Positions 23,032 to 33,521 of a stretch of 64,000 bases of DNA are shown here, in pieces. A program made the translations under genes and the position numbers. Location: IMG/VR virus record IMGVR_UViG_3300035698_035310, positions 186,001-250,000 of that record; one strand, written 5' to 3'. The notes beneath the pieces were generated by a model. It saw only the letters and a list, made by a program, of their open reading frames with translations, had not been told where the DNA came from and ran no database searches. Numbering within the stretch: position 1 is the first letter of the stretch; every line of letters begins with the position of its first letter.

Positions 23032-24891
23032 ATGGGATTAATACTGAATAGAATAGCGTATAGCAAAAATAATTGTTATAGGATAAATTACACATATAAT
23101 GGAGATATGGTGTCCAATGATGGATGGGTTGAGATGTCTTTATTTACGTTTGGCAGGCAAGTTGAACACAATTGGATAACTATGGATATGTTATTGGATA
23201 TGATCAACATTGATTATGAAGTATCTATAAGTGTGGCACAGTTATGAGAGATTTAACGGGTGAGATATTAAAAAGCATAGAGGAATTGATTAATACTACA
23301 TTACCGGATACACCGGAACGCAAAAGGGTTTCTGCACTTGGTGATGAAATACTTGATACATTAAGAATTCATCATGATATTGTAACGACGGTATATATAG
23401 TGAAGACGTTATATATAAAGAAAGATAATGGTAAGTATATTGTCATCAATAAAATGTTTAATGGTACAATATGTATATATAAGTATGACACTATTCTTGA
23501 CATAGTTAAGTTTGGTAAATTTGGATTAGATGAACTCATGAAAATGGATAACACATATGAAGATTCGGTTGTGGCACAGTTATGAGACTACTTAATGAAG
23601 ATCAATTGGAAGAACTTATGGATGCGATGATCAGGGATATGGTGGAGTATGAACTTACGGGTATTGAGGTATTGTTTTGGATGATAGAAGAAATACCACA
23701 ACTTGAAGCTATGGTATATATACGCAATGAATGAAGATGATCGATGGATGATACAGAAGACGATGATACGGAAGGTTCCATTACCGGTTAAGCGTCGTGT
23801 TATGCCGACAGTTATTGCGAATAACGTAGTTGGTGTATCACCGATGGCTCCACCGGTTAAGTCTATTCATACGATGCGGTTTGAGGATTACAGTGATTTA
23901 GAGATGGAAGAGGTTTTATACCGGTTGATTTTTGGCGGGACGGGACATTATTATCAGGTATGGTTATTCAATGAAGTTATTGATAATGATATGATGGTTA
24001 ACAGGGATGTATCAATTGGCAACGTTTGATGTTAGTAAGTTTAATAAGTTTAGGGTGCCAGTTGATAACCATAAAGGTATGTTACATTCTGGTATAAATG
24101 TGTATACGAACCCGTATATAAGATTGTTATCATCGCGCAATGCGCCGATTGAAGATTTAATAATAGTGATATTGAGAAATTCTATTGGTGTTGGTCAAGA
24201 AGCATTATTTAAACATATAAATCCACCGGTATTGGATAGCCATGTTACTATAGAACCCATAGGTGTTGATGAATAGGTCTTATGGGTTTCATAGGTCTTG
24301 AGCCATAGGTTTCATAGCATAGGTGCTATGGGTTTCATAGCATAGGTGCTATGGGTTTCATAGGAATAAAGCTATAGGAGTTATTGATGGCAATAAATGA
24401 TAGCAAATTACGCGGGGTGATTAAGTATACTATAGTTACGGATGATGGAGGGAAACCGATGACAAAGTTATTAGAAACTACTTGGGGAGAAGCCAAACGT
24501 GCATTAATGGAGGATCGTCGTTACACTGTCACTTATAAAGGATTTTCACATGTTGGTGACACTTATATAGATGCAATGTTACAATTAGTTCGATGGCGCA
24601 GTTTGGCGCGTGATGCTACTAATATGCATGAAGAACTGTTTGATATATTGAGTTCATATATAATTGAACGGGATGTATCGATAAGTGTCTTATAGATTAT
24701 TGATGATATTATTAGAATATCGTGCAGAGTTAGTATATCCATATACATATGAAGTATTAACACAAAGTAATACATCATATGTCCGTGTGACTAAAAAGCA
24801 GGAAGTTTTATGTGATATAATTGCGTCGCAGGAAAATTTATCGAAAATTATTTTTATAAATTGCGGAGAAATTTTAATTTCGGAGATTTGA
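23032..24891 (+). CDS. cluster of small AT-rich hypothetical genes with related C-termini (SISVAQL, SVVAQL, DVSIGNV, DVSISVL)
   Basis: ORFs 23032, 23244, 23703, 24007, 24384 and 24685; tails resemble those at 786-1530. Confidence 0.5.
24256..24380. repeat. degenerate tandem repeat of CATAGGTGCTATGGGTTTCATAG
   Basis: Exact ATAGGTGCTAT cores at 24319 and 24342 (23-bp period) with degenerate copies on both sides. Confidence 0.8.
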
Positions 24892-24897
24892 AAATCC

Positions 24898-24980
24898 GTT
24901 CTTGTTTTGTTCTGAATTTTTATTTGTTCTTGTTTTGTTCACGATCTGTTCTATGTTCTACTTTTGTTCTTGTTTTGTTC
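24898..24980. promoter_or_regulatory. array of five GTTC-N7-GTTC (alpha-LexA-type) boxes
   Basis: GTTC at 24898/24909, 24926/24937/24948 and 24955/24966/24977 (11-bp periodicity). Confidence 0.6.
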
Positions 24981-25134
24981 TAATTTCCTATTTTTCCTTT
25001 TTTCAAATATGACTGTTTCCTCCTTGACCCCAAGATACCAGATTTTGACCGTCCTGTCAAGTCTTTTCTTTAGTCCAGTTAGTTGATAGTTGGCACACTT
25101 ATTGCTGTCGCATGAATCGCGCCAAAATAAGTGC

Positions 25135-25253
25135 TTGACAAATTTTTTACTTGGGGGTATAGTTAAGATAGGGAGGGATGAGTGAAATTTAAAATCCAAA
25201 AAAAACTCATCCCTCCCTACGGTCAGTTTAGCACGTATTGAAAAGATGGTCAA
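25135..25253. promoter_or_regulatory. pair of face-to-face sigma70-type promoters, each initiating at AGGGAGGGATGAG
   Basis: Plus: TTGACA 25135, TATAGT 25158, motif 25169-82. Minus: TTGACC 25253-48, TAAACT 25230-25, motif 25219-06. Both have 17-bp spacers. Confidence 0.75.
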
Positions 25254-25528
25254 GTGTTTATTTCATTTTTTTGTATAATTGTGATATAGTGGGGCACTTA
25301 TATAAGGAGTGAATAGAAATTGAAAACGTGTGAATATTGTGAAAGGGAAGTGGTTAGTGAAATTCCCAAGGAGTCTGGCAAGGGTCGATGTTGTGGTATA
25401 GAATGTGGGCACCGTATAATATATGGTATATGGGATGAAGATTGCAGGCAGGTTATTGTTGAAGAAACTGATTGACATATAGAATGGGTGTGGTATGTAT
25501 AGATCATCATTAACCAAAGGAGATTATT

Positions 25529-25768
25529 ATGTCTAAAGCTATTATATCGCATCGCGCCATTTCTGATATGTGTATTGGCATATTGAAGAATCAATCCAAG
25601 ACGGCATTTACATTGGGCGAGTTCCAACAAGTGGCGGTTCCTATTATACAGACGGTGTTCCCTAACAACAACACTGTAAAGGATACGACACGTTATTCTT
25701 TACAGCAGTTACGCGACGCTGGTGTTGTTCGGTTTGTTGACGACGCTGGTATCTACAAAATTCTTTAA
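25529..25768 (+). CDS. stand-alone DpnI C-terminal-like winged-helix domain
   Basis: FTLGEF...VFPNNNTVKDTTRYSLQQLRDAGVVRFV...G.YK resembles the DpnI wH pattern FTL...F.KNNHIKEKIRQQLQILRD..IEF..G.Y. Confidence 0.65.
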   Translation: MSKAIISHRAISDMCIGILKNQSKTAFTLGEFQQVAVPIIQTVFPNNNTVKDTTRYSLQQLRDAGVVRFVDDAGIYKIL

Positions 25769-27864
25769 TCCTTGACGTCATAAGTTAAGTGTGATATGGT
25801 GCAATTAGATTGTTTGAACGGAAGGAACTATTATGGATCGTGAAGCACTTATAGAATTTCTCAAAGAAGAGATGGAACTTGAACTTAGCATTAGTGGTCA
25901 ATACCGCAATGCATTATGTGTTGAGATTAAAATCGGTGGCGAGTCGATAAGCTCGGATATCATTTCTGTTTCTGAATTCACGGATTGAAAGAAAACTCAT
26001 GGCTGATATGTATAACTATCATTTTGTGATGTCTAGTTACTCGCATACTGATAGGCGGCAATTGTGGCAAGTATGTTCTAAGCCATTTATACGGCAAGCA
26101 GACGCAGATACATGGATGGAATATATGCAAAGCGAAGAACCAAAAAAAGAGTTCTTTGTAATTGATCGCGAAATGCCACGTCACCATGATGAAAAATTTG
26201 ATTAGGTGGTTGACGTCATACATTAAGTGTGATATGGTGCAGTTATAATCTGATAGTTTCTGTTATGCCTTTCTTCAAAACATGAGGCACGTGATACAAT
26301 TCATCCTGCAAATGGTAATGTTGGGAACTATCAGATTAGTAAATTTTTGAAAGGAATTTATTATGTCACGATCACGGCGGAAAGTTAAAGATATCAAATG
26401 GCAGAAAGGGAAAGTGTGTCCTAAGTGTCGAAAGGGTAATTTGGTTGGTTGTGGTCAATCCAAGAAGAAAGGACACGAGAAGTGTGTTTTTTGTAGTGTT
26501 TGCAAGGTGGCTAATTTTTAATGGAAAGGAACCAACATGCCTAATGTATTGACGGTATTGAATATCAACAGTCCTTATGATGACACGGTGTCATTGCATA
26601 CTGATTGGCAGGGTGCTTATGAATCAATGGTTGACATGTTGCAATTATGTCATGTTGATTGTTCAAACATCAATCTTGAAGAGTCTGAGATCGATTTTGA
26701 ACTTGAAGACAACAAGGGCGAGTTATGGAAATGCACTATTCATTGTGATGTTGCAGTTCCCACTTGACACTTATTATAAGTGTGATATGGTGCAGTTAAA
26801 TTGAATGGAAAGGAATATACAATGATGCTCACAAAAACGAAAACGGTTGATACACTTATTGATGCGTTTAATGCGTCGGATTCACCCTCGGATCGATATG
26901 CAATTGGTAGTGCATTACGTAGCGAACTGGCGAATTTTGTTAAAAACCTTGATGAAACGATTTTGCCGATTTATCATAAGTGCGTTGTTGCCGATGTTCT
27001 TAAACCGATTAAGGGATAAGGGCAATGGTAAGCGTTGTTGAAAAAAGTGGCATCCGGTTTGTATGTCGTAAGCCAGCAAAGCAAGGCACGTATCTTTGTG
27101 TTGACACGGTTGATTTATATGCCAAGGGGTTAACGATTGGTCCTATACAAACGGCATTTATCAGTGAGAATTGGACATTGCGTTCGGTTAATTTAACTGT
27201 GAATGTGGAGAGGTGGTTGACGCGTAGTGGGCATATTCGCAAAGATTATAAGCGGCTGCATTTTTCTGAAAAAACGATTGAAGAATTGTTAGGAGATAAA
27301 AAATGAGAGTTAATTCGTTTGATTATTTAACAAGTCGTTTGGATCAGTTATCGAAAGATCGCGGCTCTCAGTCAAGCAATACTACGAGCGCATTGTGTAA
27401 CGTGTTCAATATTATGGGATCAATCACCTTTAATGAAATATATGAAGGGTTGGTTGATTATACGAACACAAATCACATGAAATCGGACGACGGATTTGAT
27501 CGTTTTCATGGTTGTGTTGGTGAAGGGTTTCATAAGTATTTCAGGCAAATTGATATGTTTGAAGATTATCAACGACCCGACGGCGAAGAAATTGGTGGTT
27601 ATTTGGATATGATTGCGTGGCATCTTATTGCTGGTAATAAAGCATTTTGGACTGTGTTTGCGGAACTTAGTTGGATTCATCATGAACTCACTAAGAATCC
27701 AGACCTTAATGTTGTTCGGTTGATTCGTGATGTTCGTAATGACGTTGAAGATTATTATGAAGATCAAAAGAAAAAAGATTGACATAATTGTCACACTGTT
27801 GTATAGTTAGATTATAGAAATTCACGCGTATATGTTCGGTGAGTTTTTCCAGCGAAACCTTTCT

Positions 27865-27906
27865 AAAAAATGCCTCACTGATCCTTTCACAGTGGGGCAT
27901 TTTTTT
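27865..27906 (+). terminator. intrinsic terminator
   Basis: AAAAAATGCCTCACTG / CAGTGGGGCATTTTTT. Confidence 0.75.
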
Positions 27907-27967
27907 GTCTTGACATATATGAATGATTGGGTTATCATGGTATACTTAACAATAAAGGGAATATTAC

Positions 27968-28501
27968 ATGAGTGATGATACGATAGACTTTCCGGGAACT
28001 ACGTCTAAAGCTCCGTCGAATGATCATGGTCCAATTATTGATTATAATACATTGATTCGTGCTGCTCATTTGAATGTTGTTAAAGACGCGATTCAAATCG
28101 TTTCGGATACTGGTCCTGCTGAATTCTTTAATATCAATATTACTTATGATTTGATGCACCCTGATTCGGTATCTGAAGAATGGTTGTGGAAGAAATATCC
28201 TGAGAAGATTACCATTATACTTAACAACCAATATGAAAACTTACACGTTGAGGACACTGGCTTTCGTGTCACCTTACATTTCGGTGGTTCTCCGGTTGCG
28301 TTGTTTGTTCCGTTTGATTCTATACTCAGTTATGTTGATATGGTTACGCGGGTTATGTTTTCGTTTGAAGACCCACATGCTAATGAACCAGTTGACAATC
28401 CATTTGAATCGGTTGATACGCCAGATATTAAATTGGTTCCTGATGCTGGCGCGGAAGTTATATCGTTGGACGCATTTAGGGATAAGAATAAAAAGGATTG
28501 A
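27968..28501 (+). CDS. sspB: alphaproteobacterial-type ClpXP adaptor SspB
   Basis: IDY..L...A...VV; KKYPEKITIILNNQY..L.V...GFRVTLHFGG....L.VPFDSI...VD; C-terminal ClpX-binding-type AEVISLDAFR. Confidence 0.85.
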   Translation: MSDDTIDFPGTTSKAPSNDHGPIIDYNTLIRAAHLNVVKDAIQIVSDTGPAEFFNINITYDLMHPDSVSEEWLWKKYPEKITIILNNQYENLHVEDTGFRVTLHFGGSPVALFVPFDSILSYVDMVTRVMFSFEDPHANEPVDNPFESVDTPDIKLVPDAGAEVISLDAFRDKNKKD

Positions 28502-29575
28502 CACCTCCTATAACTGTGCTATGTTAATCATGAATAGTTGAAAGGATTCACAATGGCTGACAATAACAACAAGATTACGTTTGCATTTAATTTGTCCGAT
28601 CTTCCTATGATGGCGGATGCGATGTCGATTGCTGGTTGCACTGCTATGTTATGCGGTCAACCTGCTGCACAGAAACGTTGTGATGAAATCAAAGAAATGA
28701 TTGAAGCCCACATCCCTCCTATACTTAATTTGATTGATGGTGAAGAGTGGATTAATATTGTTTTGCTTTTGGGCAAATCTACCAAATGGAATGTGTATGA
28801 GGGTGGTAGCAGTTGGTCGCGGCATACCCGTTATTACAAAATCATCATTGATGATAAAGTATGGCAATCGAAGGGATGGATTGACGATAAAGTTTCTAAA
28901 ACAGAACGTGCTGCCAATATCGCTGGCTTGGTTGAAGCATTGGACTCTATGGCACCATTGACGACTGAGCGTGATGGCACATTGATTGGTGATGAATTAT
29001 GACTGATAGAATGAAAAAAAAGGGATATCACCTCCATATTGCGATAGCGTCATTAGTTGTTCTAGTGATGATCGTCATCGGTGCCGATGCGTTATATGAA
29101 ACGGGATATAACCACGGCGTCGCGGATACTGATGTCCCTATCATAACGTCTTGCAAGGCTCCGGTCAAGTATAACAAGATCGAACCGGAACGTATGCCAA
29201 AAGTGTTGAATTGTCCATCCACCTTTACGATACTTGCACCGCCTGAAAAAATAAAAGATTGACATCGTCATAGATTGATGTATGATTGGTTCAGTTAAAC
29301 ATTGAAAGGAAATGTTATGAGCAAATTAAAAGAATACGTTGACATGAAAGTTAATTTTATGGCTAAGTTCAATGACCAGCGATTGATTGATGTTGACAAT
29401 CTAACTGAGGCAGATGCAAGTCGTATCTATGCTTCATTGGATAATGATTTGTCGCCGGAAAATCTTGAGCGTGATGGAGAAGCAACCCGCGCAGAGATTC
29501 GTGATAAAAAGGCTTTATTCACTGGAGCGATGTATGTACTTAACTCACTAGGGTTCGTGCATCCACAATCACGTT

Positions 29576-30199
29576 ATGGCTGAAACACTTATACAGGAGA
29601 AACACGTGAACTTTTTTAAACGAGCGATTAAATACATCCGCCTCAAGTGGGCAATCATATCTTTAGATGGCGAGGCGATGGTTTCGTATGATCGTCTAAT
29701 GGGTTTCGCTAGTGGCATGAGTGCCTCGATCAAAGAAGCCCAAGATGCACAAGAAAAAAACGCAATCGTTCGCGAGGAACTTGCCAAAGAAATGGATGAG
29801 GCGAGCGAAAAATTGATACGTGCAATGCGCGTACCCAATATTGTTCCCGATGATAATGTCATTTTTGATGAAAATGGATCACCAATTTATTTAGCGGTTA
29901 AACCACCTCGCCAAGGCGTGCCAGACATTGACACCACTGGTATGACCTTTGAAGAAATTGGTAAGGCGATTGATATTGAACATCATTCAATTGCGGCTCT
30001 TGGAACATACAATGGAAAAATGTATACGCAAAAACAGCGGGTTTTCTTACAGTTGACCAACTTGGGTTATGTCACCACCAACGACGCAAAGGTGATGGGT
30101 ATCAAATGCCTAAGTGCGCGAATATGTGAACTGCGCCAAGATGGTATTGATATCATGACTCAGCCTGAAGACGGATATACTTCTTATCAATTAGTATAA
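29576..30199 (+). CDS. protein with C-terminal helix-turn-helix domain
   Basis: TQKQRV..QL...G.VTTNDA..MGI..LSARI.ELR..G.DI. Confidence 0.65.
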   Translation: MAETLIQEKHVNFFKRAIKYIRLKWAIISLDGEAMVSYDRLMGFASGMSASIKEAQDAQEKNAIVREELAKEMDEASEKLIRAMRVPNIVPDDNVIFDENGSPIYLAVKPPRQGVPDIDTTGMTFEEIGKAIDIEHHSIAALGTYNGKMYTQKQRVFLQLTNLGYVTTNDAKVMGIKCLSARICELRQDGIDIMTQPEDGYTSYQLV

Positions 30200-30210
30200 A
30201 GGATAATATC

Positions 30211-30669
30211 ATGCCGAATTATTGCGAGAATGTTGTAACGATTAAACATCCAGACCCTTTGGTTATCGCTGGATTGGTTGAGGCATTTAATAACGGAAAA
30301 TTCTTTCAATTCGTTGTGCCTATGGATAGTGATATTGACATGGATGCAAACTCCGAGAATGATTCTTTGCCAAATTGGTATAATTGGCGGGTTGATAATT
30401 GGGGAACTAAGTGGGACATTGATCCCACCGATGGGAATGTTATGATTGAATCACCCATTGAAATAAACCTTAGTTTTAATACCGCGTGGTCGCCACCCCT
30501 TGGTGTATATGCCAAATTGTCCGAGCAAGGGTTCACCGTTGATGCAAAGTATCATGAATATGGAATGATGTTCTATGGTACGTTTACCAACGACGAAGAA
30601 ACATGCTCCAATTATGAATCGTTTGAAGAAATTCCTGCTGATATAATGGAAGATTTAGGGATTGCATAA
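30211..30669 (+). CDS. DUF1281/YubB ferredoxin-like fold protein
   Basis: MPNYC.N...WYNWRVDNWGTKWD...FNTAWSPP. Confidence 0.8.
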   Translation: MPNYCENVVTIKHPDPLVIAGLVEAFNNGKFFQFVVPMDSDIDMDANSENDSLPNWYNWRVDNWGTKWDIDPTDGNVMIESPIEINLSFNTAWSPPLGVYAKLSEQGFTVDAKYHEYGMMFYGTFTNDEETCSNYESFEEIPADIMEDLGIA

Positions 30670-30738
30670 TAACACTTGACACTGACATCAATTGTGCTAA
30701 TATCTTGGTATAGTTAATCAATAGAAAGGAAATTCCAC

Positions 30739-31434
30739 ATGGGTTACACTCATTATTTCACACAGAACCGCTCTATCACTGATTCAGAATGGGCGTTGTT
30801 ATGTACAAACATTCGTGAAGTCATCAACGCGGTAAGTGATTCCATTCCGGTGCAATTCGAGTATGATACCAATGAACCTGCGATGCTCGACGATCACATG
30901 ATCCGGTTCAATGGCGTTGAAGATGACGGTCATGAAACATTTATTCTTGAGCGTGAAGGCGCTGGTTTTAGTTTTTGCAAAACCGCACGAAAACCATATG
31001 ACACCGTTGTGACTGCATCATTGTTGATTGCACAAAAGGTTGCGCCGGGTGCATGGGATGTTAGTTCAGATGGCGACTCCGATGATTGGCATGGATTAGA
31101 ATTGGCGACGCAAGTTATTGGTTTGAATTTTGCGGCGGAGTTTAAATCTGCACATCCGGGTGAAAATATTGATGACGATATTCCGTTACTTGGTGAAGCG
31201 CCATTCGTTGGTGGTAAAGTCATTTTCACATCAACGAGTGTATTTAATGATGCCAGCATTAAAACCGAAGACGGTGGGATGGCTGTAATTCATGAAAGCA
31301 ATGATGCATCCGTAACGGCTGAAGATGATTGTGTATTCGTTCGCCTACAGAGTTGGGATGACACACGAGCACATCCAATGTTTAATTCTTTGTTTGGCAA
31401 GCGTATACGCATTACCGTAGAAGTGGAGGACTGA
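30739..31434 (+). CDS. conserved phage hypothetical protein
   Basis: MGYTHYF...FNG...HETF...FCKTARKPYD..V...VSSDG pattern; own promoter. Confidence 0.7.
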   Translation: MGYTHYFTQNRSITDSEWALLCTNIREVINAVSDSIPVQFEYDTNEPAMLDDHMIRFNGVEDDGHETFILEREGAGFSFCKTARKPYDTVVTASLLIAQKVAPGAWDVSSDGDSDDWHGLELATQVIGLNFAAEFKSAHPGENIDDDIPLLGEAPFVGGKVIFTSTSVFNDASIKTEDGGMAVIHESNDASVTAEDDCVFVRLQSWDDTRAHPMFNSLFGKRIRITVEVED

Positions 31435-32418
31435 TATGGAACGCGTTAAAGTTGGTCAAGTGTACATGGACAACGATAAACGTCTCCATGGTGCCAGAAC
31501 GTTACAAGTAACACTGGTTTATTTGGTTGCGATGCCTGATTCCAAGAAAGGTAATTATGGTTGTGCGGCGGAATTCGCCGAGTGTGATGTGTATCTAAAC
31601 GGCGAAGCAACCGGTAAGACTACAACAATTCACACAGCGCGGATGATGAAACCAACAAGCAACGGTTATAAACTGTTGAACGTTCATGTATTGCCTAGAC
31701 TTCAGCACGAACTTAAAGTTGCTGATCGATTGGCAAACACGGTATCGACGATGCTTGAACAACCGACGGCGCAAATACAATACAGCATTCAGGATGTTAA
31801 CAGAACACTGATTGAATATGGCAAAACCCGCGAATCAGTTTTTGCTTGACAGATGCTGAAACTGTGTTATACTTATAACATACAATAATGAAAGGTTTTT
31901 GACGATGGATTTATTTAGAATGATGATCACACCCGTGCATGCAGGTGCTGAAATCAAACGTAACGAAGAGTTGGTTCTAAGCAAAGGCACGCCGGTTATC
32001 GCCGAAATCATTCATCAAGACAATGGTGTGTTCTGCATGCCAGTAGGTGGCAACGTAGGTTCGTGGATATGCGCATCTAAGTTGTTCCGACTAACAAGCC
32101 CCGAGGCACTGATTGCCAGTTGTAGTACGGGTGGGGATATCTAGAGCGATCATGATTTAACGCGTTTGTCACTATTACCAGCGATACGTATTTATACGTC
32201 ACTCCTAACATAAACCAACAGTTTTTATCTAGTAAGTCTTAACGGATATCCCCCGTAATTTTTTATCAACCACAGAGGAGAATAAGACCCATGGCAAAAG
32301 CAACTAAGACTTCAGCAGCACGACCCGTTCGTTCCCCGCGTATCTGTAAGCCAATCAAAAGCTCAACCACGCGACGCAAATAACATGTTTGTTTTCTGAT
32401 AATCACACGCATGTAAAG

Positions 32419-32460
32419 AAACCCCGTGCCGACCTTTGAAACCGGTTAACGGGGTTTTTT
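32419..32460 (+). terminator. intrinsic terminator after a 30-aa basic peptide ORF (32290-32382)
   Basis: AAACCCCGT...ACGGGGTTTTTT. Confidence 0.7.
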
Positions 32461-32500
32461 AATGCTTGACACTTATAGGGTGTTGTGGTATAGTTATAAA

Positions 32501-32620
32501 GATTCACGAAAGTGAAGTTGTCGCACCCTTACCTGGATAGCCCCTTAAAAGGCGACACCTTACTAGGCCGACAAGAAATAAAACCCGATATTGCTGCCCT
32601 GCATATCGGGTTTTATTTTG
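32501..32620 (+). ncRNA. putative small RNA (about 120 nt)
   Basis: TTGACA 32466/TATAGT 32489 promoter, TTCAC-GAAA-GTGAA hairpin, strong terminator ATAAAACCCGATAT/ATATCGGGTTTTAT, no ATG-initiated ORF on this strand. Confidence 0.6.
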
Positions 32621-32720
32621 TCTGAATATATAACTAAACCAATTTAAAAAAAGACTTGACGACATATAAAAATCTGTTATTATCTGGTTATCAGAAAACA
32701 AACACATAAGGATTTATATC

Positions 32721-33521
32721 ATGGCTAAAGTTAAAGACCCAAACGGTTATGTAATTTATCGCGGCCCTTCAATGTTAGATGGTGCGCCTATTGTTATGGT
32801 GGCGACGGGGTTTGCAGATAAGAGTTTGAATAGCAAGACTGGTCATATGATACAGACTTGGATTATTCGGGAAGACATCAATCCGCATGTAGCAACGAAT
32901 TCAGGCGAGGATTCAAGTGTGTGTGGTGCATGCCCACACCGAGGCGACCTTAACCCTGACGTAGATTCGCCTACTGGTTTCAAGAACACTGGACGTTCAT
33001 GTTACGTTAAAGTATGGCAAGCCCCGACTCATGTATGGCGTGCCTTTGAACGTGGTTCATATGATGAAATTTCATTGTATGATATCCCTAATCTATTCAA
33101 GGACAAGGCTGTTCGGTTAGGTTCTTATGGCGACCCTGCGGCTGTTCCGTTTTGGCTAATCGACGCGATTGGTCAATCTAGTGATTTCACAACAGGATAT
33201 ACCCACCAATGGCGTGATTGTGATCGTGATTATGGTAAGTGGCTTATGGCTAGTGCCGATAATAACGCAGACCGGTTTTGGGCGCGTTCCTCTGGATTCA
33301 GAACGTTTCGTGTTCGCGGTGCTGACGACGCATTAGGCAAGAAAGAAATTGCGTGCCCTGCTAGTGAAGAGATGGGTAGAAAGACGAATTGCGCTGAGTG
33401 TAAAGCGTGCGGTGGACACAATGCCAAAGCAAACGTAGACATATCCATCATGACTCATGGTGCATTAAAGAATAACTATTACAAGCGTGCCGACGCGTTT
33501 GAATACAGAAAGGCGGCATAA
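32721..33521 (+). CDS. Cys-rich conserved phage protein of unknown function
   Basis: GPSMLDG.PI...NSKTG.M.QTWI...CG.CPHR...CYV...RLG.YGDP...GYTHQW...CPAS...C..C..C. Confidence 0.75.
   Translation: MAKVKDPNGYVIYRGPSMLDGAPIVMVATGFADKSLNSKTGHMIQTWIIREDINPHVATNSGEDSSVCGACPHRGDLNPDVDSPTGFKNTGRSCYVKVWQAPTHVWRAFERGSYDEISLYDIPNLFKDKAVRLGSYGDPAAVPFWLIDAIGQSSDFTTGYTHQWRDCDRDYGKWLMASADNNADRFWARSSGFRTFRVRGADDALGKKEIACPASEEMGRKTNCAECKACGGHNAKANVDISIMTHGALKNNYYKRADAFEYRKAA

Noticed and set aside
24951-25253. 100-aa minus-strand ORF
   Set aside because: It starts at the -35 hexamer (TTG) and runs across promoters and the GTTC array; likely spurious.
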